DNA of 64,000 bases, taken from the IMG/VR virus record IMGVR_UViG_3300032303_002587, positions 33,153-97,152 of that record, one strand, 5' to 3'. The position numbers and the translations under genes are program-made. The stretch comes from a virus (Duplodnaviria > Caudoviricetes). Shown here piece by piece: positions 44,293 through 54,200 of the stretch. The first letter of the stretch is position 1. Each line of letters opens with the position of its first letter. The notes under the pieces were generated by a model, which was given only the letters and a program-made list of their open reading frames with translations, did not search any database and was not told where the DNA came from.

Positions 44293-46221
44293 TTACTTTA
44301 CCTTACTGTGATATAAAATGCTAGCTAGATAGCTGTCTAGTTGATGATCATAAGCTATATTATTTATGTTCGCAATAACTTCTTGATTTTTATCAAAAGG
44401 TTGATTTATGTAATCTTCTATTTTAGCATTCCAATTTTCTGGAGATTCATTAGCGATGATTAATTTAGAAATTTGATTTGCAACATCTTTTTGATCAAAA
44501 CTTAATTTTTTAATACCATGCTTTTTCCTTAAAGACGCTGCTACTTCTTCTTCTAATTTTTGAGCAGAAATAAGATTTTCTTTTACTTTAGAAAGACTAT
44601 ATTTTTCTTGTACAGAAGCTCTGGATTGGCCGCCTTCACCAATTGGTTTAACATTTTTAGTAGATTGAGGAATACCAGTTGTTCCAGTTGGTCTACCAGC
44701 TTCTCCAGCGCCAATTTTTGCTCCACCAATTAATGGTTGATAAAATCCTTGATCTCTTAACTCTTTATATTTCTTTTGAGAAATTAATGCATCTTCTGGT
44801 TGTGGAAGTCTGCCAGTATCAATTGCTTTTAATCCTTCTTCTGGAGTTAGTATACCAAGTTCCATTAATCTATTATAAATTCTAGAATATTGAACATCAT
44901 CTTTAAGATCAATATCATCAAATTCTGGAACTGGAAAATTCTTAAAACCTAAATCTTTACTTATTCTTCTAACTTCTGGAATTATAAATTCATTTATGAA
45001 AGTTTGTCTAGCTTGTTTTAATCTTTCAATAAATACTTGAACTTTAATGCTTGTATTTGCAAATTTTTCATTGCCAATAAGAATATTATTCAATCCCATT
45101 TGAATATCTCTATCAACTACTTCATATTTTTCTGGACCAATAAGATTACCAATATCAGGAATAACAAATTGAGCTTTTGTTGTATAGTCTGCAATAAGAA
45201 CTCGGCCAACGCTTTGATTTGTAAATAAATTTTGCATCGCTTCAAGATTCTTTTGATTAACTCCACCTTTATCTGGATCTGTTCCCATCGTTACAAGAAG
45301 AATAGCTTGTTGCATGGTGCGAGTTATTGCCATATCCATTTTTTTCATTTCAGCTTTCCAATTAATATCATCTAATACTGGGAAGCCCATAGGAACAGCA
45401 AATGGTTCGTAATCTTGTTTCTTATAAAATACAGCGCAGAGTCTTTCTCTGTCTAATGGTAAAGTTAAAATACCTACAGTTCTTTTCTTAATTAATTCTT
45501 GAGTCTCTGGGGGAAGGCTTTTCAGTACCTCTTTATCTTCATCTGTCTTTGGAGCTTTTAGTCTTTCTAATTCATAATCGCTTAATACTTTATAAAATCT
45601 TCCAACAGAAAAATTAATAGTTCCACCAATTTGAATATCAGATGGATTTAATATTAAATATCTTGATGGTAAATTAACAGACGCTTTGGTAGATGTTAAA
45701 CCAAATGCTTGAGTAATTTTATTAACATCTGAATCTGAAACTTTTGTATCAAATCTATAAAGGAATACATTTCCAGAACGATAGTATTCTCTAAAAAACT
45801 TATCTTGTAAATCATAAATATTTATTTTCTTAAATAAAGCATCAAAGAAATCTCTGCTTTTTTGACTTCCACCTTTAAAATAAAGGGTACTGCAAGAAAA
45901 TTCAGTCATCAAATCAATAGTATTTCTAAATATAGCAAAATTATAATACGCTTTTTGGCATAAAATGACAGCATCCCTTACGTTCATATTGGATGCATTT
46001 TTTACTCCAGTTGAGTATCTAAAAGGAATTAATCCCTCATCAATATTCTTAAACCTGTCACTTCTTACAATTCCTGCTGCACTATTTCTACGCATTTGAG
46101 TAGACTCTGCAGTGCCAGATGTCGAAGCCTTTGTTTCATAAAAGGAAGCTTGACTTACCATTAGAGGTTGACTTTCCTCGTTTTTGGTTATTTTTGATTT
46201 ATTTTTAATTTTTTTAGCCAT
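44293..46221 (-). CDS. Portal protein
   Basis: 642 aa directly after TerL; FRNTIDLMTEF, FFREYYRSGNVF, ILLVTMG, VLIADYTTK. Confidence 0.85.
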   Translation of the reverse strand: MAKKIKNKSKITKNEESQPLMVSQASFYETKASTSGTAESTQMRRNSAAGIVRSDRFKNIDEGLIPFRYSTGVKNASNMNVRDAVILCQKAYYNFAIFRNTIDLMTEFSCSTLYFKGGSQKSRDFFDALFKKINIYDLQDKFFREYYRSGNVFLYRFDTKVSDSDVNKITQAFGLTSTKASVNLPSRYLILNPSDIQIGGTINFSVGRFYKVLSDYELERLKAPKTDEDKEVLKSLPPETQELIKKRTVGILTLPLDRERLCAVFYKKQDYEPFAVPMGFPVLDDINWKAEMKKMDMAITRTMQQAILLVTMGTDPDKGGVNQKNLEAMQNLFTNQSVGRVLIADYTTKAQFVIPDIGNLIGPEKYEVVDRDIQMGLNNILIGNEKFANTSIKVQVFIERLKQARQTFINEFIIPEVRRISKDLGFKNFPVPEFDDIDLKDDVQYSRIYNRLMELGILTPEEGLKAIDTGRLPQPEDALISQKKYKELRDQGFYQPLIGGAKIGAGEAGRPTGTTGIPQSTKNVKPIGEGGQSRASVQEKYSLSKVKENLISAQKLEEEVAASLRKKHGIKKLSFDQKDVANQISKLIIANESPENWNAKIEDYINQPFDKNQEVIANINNIAYDHQLDSYLASILYHSKVK

Positions 46222-46233
46222 TTTACTTCAAAT

Positions 46234-46240
46234 ATTACAC
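46234..46240 (-). promoter_or_regulatory. GTGTAAT motif in the 20-bp TerL-portal gap
   Basis: Intergenic copy, 12 nt before the ATG. Confidence 0.7.
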
Positions 46241-46241
46241 A

Positions 46242-48086
46242 TTATCCAAGCATAATAGGAGAAAAAGTTGCTGTTTGGGGCTCATCTTTCTGTAGCATAA
46301 TATCATTATAGCACTTTAGAGCCCAATTTGCTAACATAAATGCTGAATAATTGTCTTTTCTAGCTTTATTCGCAGAAGTGCTTCTTTTTAAATGTTGAGG
46401 CAAATCAAACGTTTGAGTTCCTCTGCTTGTGCTAGAATGCTCTACTATAGCGCATTGTTTTTTAGTTTGATATATAAAGTCATCTTGATTTTCTATAAAG
46501 TCCAATAGCATCCAATCTTTTTTATCTTCTGATTTCATTAAATCTATTGGCGCACCTTTATTAACAACTGAATTAAAAAATGATTCATTCGCTGCGGTTT
46601 TACTTGCAAACCATATTCTCTTATAATCAATACATGCTTGTAAGTACTCGTTAGCTTTACGAATAAATGTACTTGTGAATACTTGATTAAAGGCTATTCT
46701 TTTATCTTCGATATTGTATTTTCTTTTTGCGTTCTTAACCATTATATCATAATCTACGCCTTCTAGATCACTATCAAATTCAAAAGTTTTAATTTCTAGT
46801 TTTTGTTTTTTAAATAGTTCAGATTCATTACAAGCAGAAAGAAATACATCTGCTCCTGCGTTATCAAGAATCATGAATACAATATTAAAATTATTTAATA
46901 TATAATATAAATAAGCCACGTGATTTTTAAGGTTTCCTAAACCAGCATAAGTATGCACTAAAGTCCCATTTTTAGTTTCATCATCATATTCTAAAACTGC
47001 CATAGCAAAATAATCTGCATTTGGACTATCGCTCATATTAGGATCGATTCCTAAAATATATTTTTTATTAGGATCGCCTTTCAAAAGAGTGTGAGGACTT
47101 TCTCCAGTTTTTAATGTACATTCTTCCATCTTTTTTGCATTAAAATAACTATCACTACCGTCTGTAAATCGAGCACAGTATTCTCGAAGAAAACTGCTAT
47201 GACTAGATCCCCCAGCTTGAGCTTCTTCGATAATTGTTTTATCGATCATTTCTTCTGGAAGAGCTTCATAACTCATTTGACTAACAAAATAAGTCGCTTC
47301 AGTTTCCTCTTTAGAAGTAATTTTTTCTGACCATTCTAAATATGTTTTATAAAGATTTTCAAATGTATAACTTGCTGAAGATAGGGCTACCATTTTACTT
47401 GTATTTTCAAAAACAGCTCTATCTTCTTCTTTCATCAGGCCTTCTAGTATAAGTTTATCTTCCATTTCCCTGATCTGCATTCTTTCTTTTATGTTTTGTG
47501 GAGCTACTAAAAATGGCATTAATACGTTTTTAATAATTTCTTCGGGAAGCAAAAGAAACTCATCAAGCACAAGGATATTCGCGCGAAAACCTCGAATTTT
47601 TTCACCATTAAGAGGAATAGCGACAATACTACCACCATTAATTTGCCATTCAAATTGGTCATTTCTTTTTGCCTTTGCTCCGAAACATTGAGAGAGTAAT
47701 TCTGCACCTTTACTATCTACAATTTTTTCTAGATTATTAAAAATAAAACGCGCAGTTCTAAAGGTTGGGCCAGCAATAAGAATTTTTGTGTTAGGTTCAA
47801 ATACACATTGAAGAAAACAAAATACTGCTGCCATAAATGATTTACCGCAGCCACGACCAAAAACGCACATATTAAAGTTTCTATTCATTAGTGCTTTAAG
47901 ATGAATTTCTTGATAAGGAGCGAGCTTAACTCCACTAATTAATTCTGTTGTAAAACCAATATTAGCTCTTAAAAATTTAGCCAAACTAATTTTAGCTTCT
48001 TTATCGTTAAGATAACCCTTGAGTTGTGCTAATTCAGCATTAACATCTTTAACTTCTCTTAAGTATTTATCTGGACAATATATCAT
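46242..48086 (-). CDS. terL: Terminase large subunit
   Basis: Q motif LAPYQ, Walker A GRGCGKS, IRGFRAN, Walker B ILVLDE, ALSSAS, nuclease ILGIDP and RKDNYSA. Confidence 0.95.
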   Translation of the reverse strand: MIYCPDKYLREVKDVNAELAQLKGYLNDKEAKISLAKFLRANIGFTTELISGVKLAPYQEIHLKALMNRNFNMCVFGRGCGKSFMAAVFCFLQCVFEPNTKILIAGPTFRTARFIFNNLEKIVDSKGAELLSQCFGAKAKRNDQFEWQINGGSIVAIPLNGEKIRGFRANILVLDEFLLLPEEIIKNVLMPFLVAPQNIKERMQIREMEDKLILEGLMKEEDRAVFENTSKMVALSSASYTFENLYKTYLEWSEKITSKEETEATYFVSQMSYEALPEEMIDKTIIEEAQAGGSSHSSFLREYCARFTDGSDSYFNAKKMEECTLKTGESPHTLLKGDPNKKYILGIDPNMSDSPNADYFAMAVLEYDDETKNGTLVHTYAGLGNLKNHVAYLYYILNNFNIVFMILDNAGADVFLSACNESELFKKQKLEIKTFEFDSDLEGVDYDIMVKNAKRKYNIEDKRIAFNQVFTSTFIRKANEYLQACIDYKRIWFASKTAANESFFNSVVNKGAPIDLMKSEDKKDWMLLDFIENQDDFIYQTKKQCAIVEHSSTSRGTQTFDLPQHLKRSTSANKARKDNYSAFMLANWALKCYNDIMLQKDEPQTATFSPIMLG

Positions 48087-49018
48087 AATAATTTCATATC
48101 ATATGCTAATTGTAAATCTACTTTTTTATAAAAACAATTTGATGATAAAATTCCTTCTATTGAACTCTTCATTTCTGCTCTTCCATCAACAAATAAAAAT
48201 TGAAGGTTACTATATTCTTGCATTAATTGTCTTACATTATGGAATATATATTCTGGAGTAGCTTTAATCTTTTTGCTAATATGAGGAAGATATTGAAAAC
48301 TAAGCGCATTAGATAACTTTTCTTCTACTATAACTATTAAGTAGCTATTGTTTACATGAGCTTTTTCTATTTCATTTTTAAATCTATCAAAGTTCTTGAC
48401 GCTAAGAGTGCTAATAAAATCGCTTAAGCTTTTTCTTTCTATATAACAATTGCAATTATCATTATTAGCAGTATAGTCGCCAAATGGTAGAGTTTTTATT
48501 TCAAAAGGAATATCAAACTTCAACCAATTCTGTTCTCTAGTATCAACATATATGGTATTTTTTGAATTTAATTTATTTTTAAATTGATTGGTAATAATGT
48601 TTGGATGAATGAATTTATTTTCTAATCCAATATCAGAGCATAACTCATAATAATCATCAAATATTTTATTATAAAATATAATGGATGGACTCATGATTGT
48701 TCTGAGTTCAATTTGAGATGGAGCGTAAATTAAATTTTTATCGTTTCTTCTTTTAACCAATAATCCTCTGCAATACTCTTGAGCTTTTTCTATAGTTTGT
48801 TGTTTAAGCCATTTTTTAAGATTATTTTTATCATTAAAATCGCTATTAAGATATTGCTCTTTAGTTTTAAAATTTATTGTATCGCCAGTTAAAAGATCGA
48901 GCCGTGGATAATAAGTATGATAATATTTTTCTTTATTTAAACCGTAACTTCTAAGCGCAAGATGAAGGCTTTTTTCATCTTTGAACTCTTTGCCATCTAC
49001 TTTACATATTACACTCAT
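48083..49018 (-). CDS. ERCC4/XPF-family structure-specific endonuclease
   Basis: IYVDTREQ, LPFGDY and YIERKSLSDF (GDxnERKxxxD motif); N-terminal degenerate zinc-finger-like CKVDGKEF...LHLAL. Confidence 0.85.
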   Translation of the reverse strand: MSVICKVDGKEFKDEKSLHLALRSYGLNKEKYYHTYYPRLDLLTGDTINFKTKEQYLNSDFNDKNNLKKWLKQQTIEKAQEYCRGLLVKRRNDKNLIYAPSQIELRTIMSPSIIFYNKIFDDYYELCSDIGLENKFIHPNIITNQFKNKLNSKNTIYVDTREQNWLKFDIPFEIKTLPFGDYTANNDNCNCYIERKSLSDFISTLSVKNFDRFKNEIEKAHVNNSYLIVIVEEKLSNALSFQYLPHISKKIKATPEYIFHNVRQLMQEYSNLQFLFVDGRAEMKSSIEGILSSNCFYKKVDLQLAYDMKLL

Positions 49019-50109
49019 CCATTTAAAATCTCATCTCTTGAGATTCCTAGAATTTTAGATTTAACTTCATCCATAGTAGAAAGTCTGTCTATTTCTTTTT
49101 CTATAACTTGTTTGCGCATTTCTGCCATTTTTAAAAGTTTGCTTCTACTCTCTTCTTCTTTCCACATCTGAACTAAATTAATAACTGAAGCTGTTTCTTT
49201 TACTTGTTTGCTTAATTTATCGCTACGCTTTACTTTAAGATCGTTATTTAATTTTTGTTGACGATTTACGCAATCATTGTACTCTTTTCTAGCTGTGCTA
49301 CTAGCTTCTACTAAAGCCATAGGTATTTTTCCATCTTCTTGCATAGAAAGTTCAATTTGATGTTGTAATACATTAATTGTTTGTTGAATATTAGAAGATA
49401 TAACAACCTCTGTACAAAGAACAATATATTGATCTACCTCTTCTTGAGAAAGATCACCTTTATCGTAAGTATATCTAACAAAACTGCTTTCAAAAAGTTC
49501 TCTGTCAGCTTCATTATCATAAATATTCATTTGATGAATAAATCTATGAGTATTCATATAGCTAATTAAAGAATTAATTTCTTTTTTATGTTTATGAGTA
49601 AGCTTATTTTTATCAATTCCATCTAAAACATATTTATTAATTTTAACAATCATTCTTTCTTCGCTACGAGGTGGCTTATAACCTTCTGTAGATGCATTTT
49701 CATTTTCTGTATTGTTAAATTTTATATTACTAGGAATATTCTTCATGTATTCCAAAATGCTCCTAGTCTCTTGACATAAATTGGTTAATGATTCATCTTT
49801 AAATAATATTTTAGCCATCTCTAAACCCGTTATTGTATGACAATTATTACTAATATATTCTTTTTGATCTAAAGTTAATTCTATTAATCCTTTGGCTTCA
49901 TATTCATGACTTTTTTTAGGTTTAATTTGTCTTAAAGCAAGAAATGCTTTTACTGCTTTACCTTCTTTGCTTCTGCCATCTAGATCATCTCTATCAAAAG
50001 CAAGTTTAACTAATTCCGCTTAAGATGGAGGATTTTCTGGACGATCATTCCATTCTTTTAATAGTTTTAGTTGCTGCTCTTCTGTTAAAATTAAAATATC
50101 TTCGCTCAT
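49015..50109 (-). CDS. Putative terminase small subunit-like protein, 364 codons, interrupted by one in-frame TAA at 50020-50022
   Basis: The ATG at 50109 overlaps the sigma gene's TGA (ATGA). The frame is open except for codon 30 (PPS*AEL) and joins ORF 49015-49818. Helical coiled coil upstream of the nuclease and TerL. Confidence 0.6.
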
Positions 50110-50789
50110 ACAATATCAATATCTCCATTGTAAAGATGCTTTTTTACTTTAAGCATGATAGCTTTCTTAAGATTTTTAATTTGTTTGTATCCTGCTGTTC
50201 TATTCTTTTCTGTTGTTCTATATCCCATTAATTTTGCAACTTGTTCTTCGTTTTTATGTTCAATATATAAGTGCGTATAAATTTTCCATTCTATTGGTTT
50301 TAAAATCTTTTGCATTTTAGAATGAATATTATCTGCTGTTTTTTCTAAATCAACTGCATCATTTTTTATATCATGAACTTCGTTTAAATGATTTTCCATA
50401 GTAACAGGGAGCTTGGTGTCGTGTGCGTTCTTTTTACTTTTTACCCAATTTGCATATAGCGGACAATTTGTGCATTGTTTTGAATAGATACTACAGCCAT
50501 CGTCTGCTTCTGCAGCTGCGCATTTTAAGCATGGTCTTGTATAGTTACTATAAGTATTACGTATTAAATTTTTAATTTGATTACTAATAATTCTATTAAC
50601 CCAAGGCGCTAATGGTTTAGTTTGATTATATAGATGCCATTTTTTATAAATATGAATTCTTAAAATTTGAGATACATCTGAAAAGTCCATCCAAGATATA
50701 GCTGTAAGATTCCATTTGTTTCTTCTTTTGAAGATTTCGTTATCTATTTCTACAATACAACCTTCAAAATTGCGTTTTTTATTAGGCAT
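50106..50789 (-). CDS. Phage-encoded ECF-like RNA polymerase sigma factor with a Cys-rich insert
   Basis: Region 2-like DFSDVSQILRIHIYKKWHLY...PWVNRIISNQIKNLIRN; region 4-like LKPIEWKIYTHLYIEHKNEEQVAKLMG. Confidence 0.75.
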   Translation of the reverse strand: MPNKKRNFEGCIVEIDNEIFKRRNKWNLTAISWMDFSDVSQILRIHIYKKWHLYNQTKPLAPWVNRIISNQIKNLIRNTYSNYTRPCLKCAAAEADDGCSIYSKQCTNCPLYANWVKSKKNAHDTKLPVTMENHLNEVHDIKNDAVDLEKTADNIHSKMQKILKPIEWKIYTHLYIEHKNEEQVAKLMGYRTTEKNRTAGYKQIKNLKKAIMLKVKKHLYNGDIDIV

Positions 50790-50806
50790 TTTGTTATTGA
50801 AATCGA

Positions 50807-51241
50807 TTATGATCTTTTGCGATTTCTACTTTTTGGTTTTATTGCGGAGCCTTCTTTACTTAGATTTTCTAATTGTTCTTTTTTATTAATAGGTATTTTT
50901 GATCTATTTTTTCTTAAATTATTTTCTTGACCAGCAGATCCAATAATATCTCCTATTTTTTCAGAAATATCTGGTTGAATGTTAATATCAAAAGCTAAAC
51001 CATCAATATCTGGCACTTCGTTTACTTCTGTAATTTCAGTATCATCATCCTCATAATCTTCTGGTTCAATATTTGGTCTTTTAGCTTTAGTTATAGTTGG
51101 TTTTTGCATTTGTACTGGTAAAGCTACTTTTTCTTCTTTTTTAGCTCCAAAGAAAGAATTTCCACAATTTGTGCAAAATTTAGGTTTATTTAGGGAATAT
51201 TCAGTTGGAGAACCACAATCAGAGCAATAAATTTTTAACAT
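50807..51241 (-). CDS. Zinc-ribbon protein
   Basis: YCSDCGSP...KFCTNCG followed by an acidic stretch. Confidence 0.75.
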   Translation of the reverse strand: MLKIYCSDCGSPTEYSLNKPKFCTNCGNSFFGAKKEEKVALPVQMQKPTITKAKRPNIEPEDYEDDDTEITEVNEVPDIDGLAFDINIQPDISEKIGDIIGSAGQENNLRKNRSKIPINKKEQLENLSKEGSAIKPKSRNRKRS

Positions 51242-51246
51242 ATATT

Positions 51247-51275
51247 ATTATATGGTAAATAAAGAGTATATTCTA
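51247..51275 (-). promoter_or_regulatory. Sigma70-like promoter TAGAAT-17-TATAAT, 5 nt before the ATG at 51241
   Basis: Perfect -10, 17-nt spacer; heads the Zn-ribbon/sigma/TerS/nuclease/TerL operon. Confidence 0.6.
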
Positions 51276-51297
51276 AATATTTAAATTGAATTTAAAT

Positions 51298-54200
51298 TTA
51301 TGCTAATGATATTGCGTATTTATTAGATAAATAATTCTCGACTTCTTGTCTTTCTGATGCTGTTAATACGCGGTTATATGCAATTATTTCAGCAATTTTT
51401 CCGCCAAATCGTTCTCTTATTAGCCCATTCTCGTTAAATGCACCAATATAGAAATTCGAATTATATGTATCATAAGTTTTTTGTGCTAAGTTTACCAATG
51501 TTCCGTTTTTGAATAATCTTGCTGTAGTTCCATCATAATCTGCCATTCCTAATAGTAGTTCTTGATTTACATAGGCAGGGCCAGAAAGATCGTCATTATA
51601 CCCAGCCAGATAAGGACTTGAATCTAGATCACTTCTAGATTGAAGCATAAAATATGTTCCAACATCTTGAGAATATTCATTAGATTGAGCAATTACTGTG
51701 TTTGAAGCTGTCTCGCTATCAATATAGTATACTGCAAACATTGACCTTGGATTTGCTCCGTTGAATATATTGGCTGTAGTCAGATAGGCATTGTTTGCAA
51801 AAACAAGTGCAGGTTTTCCGTTTATGCTATTTGTTGAATAAATTGGAGATACAATCGCTGTGGCATTTTTACCATTATTACTTTGATCTTCCCAAGATGC
51901 TACAAGATCTGTATTTACAGTTGAAGTTGTAACGTTTCCACTAATTGATCCAGATGGAAAATAGAAAAAGTTGCTTGTCGCTGATCCAATTGACCTTGGA
52001 GAAGTTCCAATTGATGCTGTTGGGTAGGGTAGATCACCAGCAGCTCCTCCGTTAGTAGTCCAATTTTCAAGTCCTCCATATGCATAGTATTCACCATTTG
52101 TAGTAAACCAGATGCTCTCTCCGTTCCAACGGATTGCTCTTTCTTCAGATGCTAAAAAAGGGCTACGATCATCTGTCAATTCATCCGATTCTGTTCTGGT
52201 ATATATCCCATCTACTGACGATGTTCCAGCTCCAGAAAGCGTTACTGAATTAGTGTAATTGGCTGGAGTCCACGATCCTTGATAATTGTTGGAATTTGTA
52301 GCAATCAAAACATCTGTTTGGTTAAATTGTTGAATGATTGTTATAAAAAGCGCTCCATCTTCAATAGAATAACTGCCATTATGCCACCTATGATCATTTT
52401 CGTCGTAATTATAGATCCCATTTGCGCCAGCATATAATCCAGTAAAATTACTTATATCAATTTGCGTATAGATTCGTGGGCTCCAATTTATTCCGTTATT
52501 AGAAGAAAATGAATAGCTTGATTCTCCAACTGAAGAAAGATAGAAAATATTTTCATCATTTTCACCATAAACAATAGATTTTCCAGCTGGACCAGTAAGA
52601 TAATACACGTCTGGTCCACCAGTATCAGTATTAAGATTGGGTACGGTATCTGCTGTATATGTTCCAGAAAAACTAGGATTACTTGTTCCAGAAATTACAA
52701 TTTCTGAAATATAATTATAACTGAATTTATTTACTCCAGTACTTGCATCTAACCAAAGACTAGGAAAGAACATGTTATCTATATTAGGAAATCTATCTTT
52801 TTCGCCACTATATAAATTACCTACTTGAATTTCTGTTAAGCCTGTATTGTAAACTTGGAAACTACCAACAGATCCTTTACCAAAACCATCAACTCCCATA
52901 TTAGTAGAATCATTTGCGCATATTCCATAATATAAATTAGGTGGAACTAATCTGCTTGAACAATTACTGTCAGCAATTTTTTCTCCATTTATATAAGCAC
53001 TTAGAATTCCAGAAGAAGCAGAAGTTGGAGCATAAGTTAAACCAAGATGATGCCATCTATTAAAATCTATTGATCCAGTAGATTGAATTTTAAATTCTGG
53101 ATTTGCTGTATAAGCCCCCCATATTCCAAAATTAACTGTGCCGTTTTGTGCTACTTCTAATTGACTATCGTGCCATGCAGTACTTGGTTGAGGTTGACCC
53201 AATTCACTAACAACTATTCCAGCGCCAGTTGGTTTAAACCAAACAAAATAAGAAATTGACCCATCAGTTGATTGAGGAACTTCTTGAGTCATTGCATATT
53301 GATCTACTCCATTGAAAGAATATATTCCACTATAATCAGAACTATAAGTTGGATTATTAACTAGAGTAACGTGTTTATTACCAGTATATATTACTCCACT
53401 ATTATTGAAACCAGAAATCGAATCTAACCAAACATGAGAATAAGCTACTTGTGGTACTGGATCATAAATTCCACTTGTTGATTGCCACTCTCCTAATGTA
53501 AAGTCATAAGAGTATCCATTTGAATTTGCTACATTAAAATTAGGATTATTAATAAAACTACCAGTTGGAACTGGAAGATTTGCTGCATCTTGTGCCCAAA
53601 GATTAGGACTATCAAAATTTAAATCATTTGCTGAATATCCCTCTTGATTTTCAATTCCTAAATAATATCCAACTGGTTCGTCTCCAAAGAAATTTTGTTT
53701 GCTTATATTTGATAAAACCCATCGGCCCTGACTTAGTGACCAGTATAAAACATTATCTGAATCATTTTGTCCATAGTATGTTGAGTTTGGTAGAACAAGA
53801 GATTTAGGAACAGTTCCAAACTCCGAATCATTAGTATATACATTATCTGGATAATTATCCCATGTAACATCCCAAGAAAACCACGAAATAGACAATCCTG
53901 CAAAATCGCCGTCTGCAAAATGTGCAATAACAATATTACTATTATTTAATAATTCCCATCTATTTAAAGAATTATTCCAAACTATATTATTGCCATTTGG
54001 ACCATTAAACGTTGTTTTTCCATATACTGATCTAGTATAATCTCCAAGAAATGTTCCATATTGAGGATCTTGAGGGTCTGGACCTTCTAGGGTTATAAAA
54101 GAATAATAAACACCAACATTCCACCCAAAATTATAATTTAATTCTTGAATATATGTATATTCTTTTACTGTATTATCATAAATACCGTAAATTTGAGGAC

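Noticed and set aside
49008-49014. GTGTAAT copies inside coding sequence (49008-49014 and about 7384-7390)
   Set aside because: Explained by codons (S-V-I; K-C-N) and not placed before a gene start, so not counted as promoters.
50020-50022. Genome-wide stop-codon reassignment
   Set aside because: Only one internal stop was found. TAA, TAG and TGA all end genes normally and coding density is high under the standard code.
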